From positions 1 to 57,464 of the IMG/VR virus record IMGVR_UViG_3300044272_001842: a stretch of 57,464 nt of DNA. One strand, written 5' to 3'. Of this stretch, positions 55,562-57,464 are shown one piece after another. Within the stretch, counting starts at the first letter, position 1. Every line of letters starts with the position of its first letter. The DNA is from a virus. Taxonomy: Duplodnaviria > Caudoviricetes. The notes beneath the pieces are model-generated. The model made no database searches. It was given only the letters and a program-made list of their open reading frames with translations, and had not been told where the DNA came from. Position numbers and translations under genes: made by a program.

Positions 55562-57464
55562 TGAATAATATGAAAGATCAAGCTTTAGCAAGACCAATGT
55601 TTGCACAAATGGCACAGTCTATAGATAATTTAGAACAGCAAATTGATAATGCTGAAGATTACGCAGGAATTATGAATGCTATACGTGGTGATGAAGCTAC
55701 TGTGGCTGAACGTCGTCAAGAACTTGGTGGGTTAGTTGGTAAAAAAGATGCTAATAAAACACCTGAGTCTGTACTAACTTTAATACAACCTACTCTTGGT
55801 ATTATGGAAACAGTGCAAGAAGGTGGTATATCAGCTGATGGTGTAGGTATTACTAGTGGTTTGACTGAACAAGCTCCAGGACAAGCAGAAGCTAAAGCAC
55901 GTATTGCTATGGGTGAACAACCTGTGAGGCGAGCAAGTGGTTCTACAGATGCAGAAGATATCACAACAAAATTATCTGGTTTGACTTCTCTTATACCTGA
56001 ACCTCAAGGATACGAATCTTATCTCAAACAATATCAAGATGTGCTTGGTGATACACCTACAGGTTATGAATTTAATCCAGTAATATCAGGATTAAATCTC
56101 GCCTCCGCAATAGCTAATGCACCCCGAGGAGAATTATTATCAACGATTTTGAGTAAAGAAACTATAAAAGATGTTGGTGATCCTATATTACAAATGGCAC
56201 AAGCTAAAAGTAAACAAGATCAAGAATTAAAACTTAAAGCATTAGATGCGGAAACTGCCGCTAAAACGAGTGCCGCAGAACAAAAATCTGACTTATTAAA
56301 AACAGCACTACCTAAATTATTAGAAGCTGATGATATTACTGTTCAAACAGATGGTACAGGGCAACCTTTTATTGTCAATAAAACCTCAGGTGAAACTACT
56401 CCATTTGGAAAACCCACTCCAACTGAGTATACAACATTCACAACTACTGATGGCACAGTATATAATTTTAATAAACAAACAGGTGAATATAAAGCGACAG
56501 ATGTTGCTAATGCTCCTGCTCGTAGTGCGATTAAATTAGAAGATGGTCGTACTGCTTTAATAGATCTTACAGCTGATGATCCTACAAAAAATATACAGTA
56601 TTTAGGCACAGAAAAAGTTGATGATAAATATGAATTTAAAACCGTAGGCGGTGGAGTGCTTGTTAGTAATAAACAAACTGGTTCAACTGAATTCAAAACA
56701 GTTGAGGGTATGCCTATTGATTTTGAGGTTTATGGTAGTGCTGAAAGTGGTTTTTTCAAAGTAGATAAAAACGGCACTGTTTCACCACTTACAGCTGATG
56801 AAACAGGTGTGACAATACCAGATACCGATTTTCAAAGAGAAATAAAACAATTTAAAGAGGTGCAAGCTAAGTTGTTGGGCATGGATCCAACAGATGAAAA
56901 TTACGCTGAAACATTGCTTGAGTTTCAGGCGTTTTCAGAAAAATACACACCAGTTAAAGATTCTGAGTTTGAAAGAATAGCAAACGCTAATGCTGAAAGA
57001 ATTTACAAAAACACAGAGGGTACAGAGCAAGATAAGCAAGCGGCTAAAAATGAGTATTTAGCTAAAACATATAACGACTTTGTCGTAGCAAAATCAACAG
57101 TCCAACAAAATTATAACCCTAATGAAGCACTTGATAAAGAGTTTGCAACTATATTTGGTAAACAAGTAGCAGAAATAGCAAAGGCGTCAGAAAATAGTCA
57201 ACAACTTGCTCAGTTATCGCAGTTAGCTCTTCAAGCGTCAGAAAATTATAATACTGGAGCTTTTGCTGAAGCTCGTTTAAATATTACCAAAATGGCTAAA
57301 TCTCTTGGTATAGTAGATACGATGCGATCTGCACTAGGAGAAGATAGGTTCAACAGGTTCTTTCAGGGAGATTTAGATAATGTAGCTTCTGGTGAATTAT
57401 TACAATCAGTTGGATCACAATTTGCTATTATGATGGCAGAGGGATTTCCTGGAAATTTAAATTC
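55561..57464 (+). CDS. N-terminal part of a putative internal virion protein continuing at position 1 (missing from ORF track)
   Basis: ATG at 55561 overlaps the previous stop; frame reads through to the contig end and matches the frame of 94..618. Confidence 0.8.
   Translation, partial: MNNMKDQALARPMFAQMAQSIDNLEQQIDNAEDYAGIMNAIRGDEATVAERRQELGGLVGKKDANKTPESVLTLIQPTLGIMETVQEGGISADGVGITSGLTEQAPGQAEAKARIAMGEQPVRRASGSTDAEDITTKLSGLTSLIPEPQGYESYLKQYQDVLGDTPTGYEFNPVISGLNLASAIANAPRGELLSTILSKETIKDVGDPILQMAQAKSKQDQELKLKALDAETAAKTSAAEQKSDLLKTALPKLLEADDITVQTDGTGQPFIVNKTSGETTPFGKPTPTEYTTFTTTDGTVYNFNKQTGEYKATDVANAPARSAIKLEDGRTALIDLTADDPTKNIQYLGTEKVDDKYEFKTVGGGVLVSNKQTGSTEFKTVEGMPIDFEVYGSAESGFFKVDKNGTVSPLTADETGVTIPDTDFQREIKQFKEVQAKLLGMDPTDENYAETLLEFQAFSEKYTPVKDSEFERIANANAERIYKNTEGTEQDKQAAKNEYLAKTYNDFVVAKSTVQQNYNPNEALDKEFATIFGKQVAEIAKASENSQQLAQLSQLALQASENYNTGAFAEARLNITKMAKSLGIVDTMRSALGEDRFNRFFQGDLDNVASGELLQSVGSQFAIMMAEGFPGNLN
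57337..57462. repeat. Terminal overlap, identical to 1-126
   Basis: Direct comparison. Confidence 0.95.

Noticed and set aside
1-57464. CRISPR array, tRNA genes, integrase, introns or inteins
   Set aside because: None recognised by eye; PolA, TerL and the helicases have uninterrupted, normal lengths; a tRNAscan or Infernal run would be needed to exclude RNAs

Overview
The window is an apparently complete, circularly permuted dsDNA tailed-phage genome of about 57.3 kb. Bases 1-126 recur at 57337-57462, and one ORF runs across that join. Nearly all genes are on the + strand. There is a replication module (SNF2 helicase, SSB-like protein, primase, UvrD helicase, PolA) and a podovirus-like virion module (TerS, TerL, portal, GroES, scaffold, capsid, adaptors, fibres, internal proteins), reminiscent of marine alphaproteobacterial phages (inference). 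Two things stand out. First, a thymidine hypermodification cluster sits around PolA: an aGPT-Pplase1-type enzyme, a GT-A glycosyltransferase, a radical SAM/SPASM enzyme, a dUMP hydroxymethylase, Nmad1 and an HD nucleotidase, with no recognisable P-loop hmdU kinase. Second, between TerS and TerL a 739-nt stretch (27332-28070) has no GA dinucleotide on the + strand. It covers a whole transcription unit whose 174-aa protein has no Asp or Glu, lies next to a compositionally normal paralog, and is preceded by GA-dense tracts. One hypothesis links the two: a context-specific DNA modification at template-strand TC that controls which gene can be transcribed first. All product calls come from motif recognition by eye; no searches were run.
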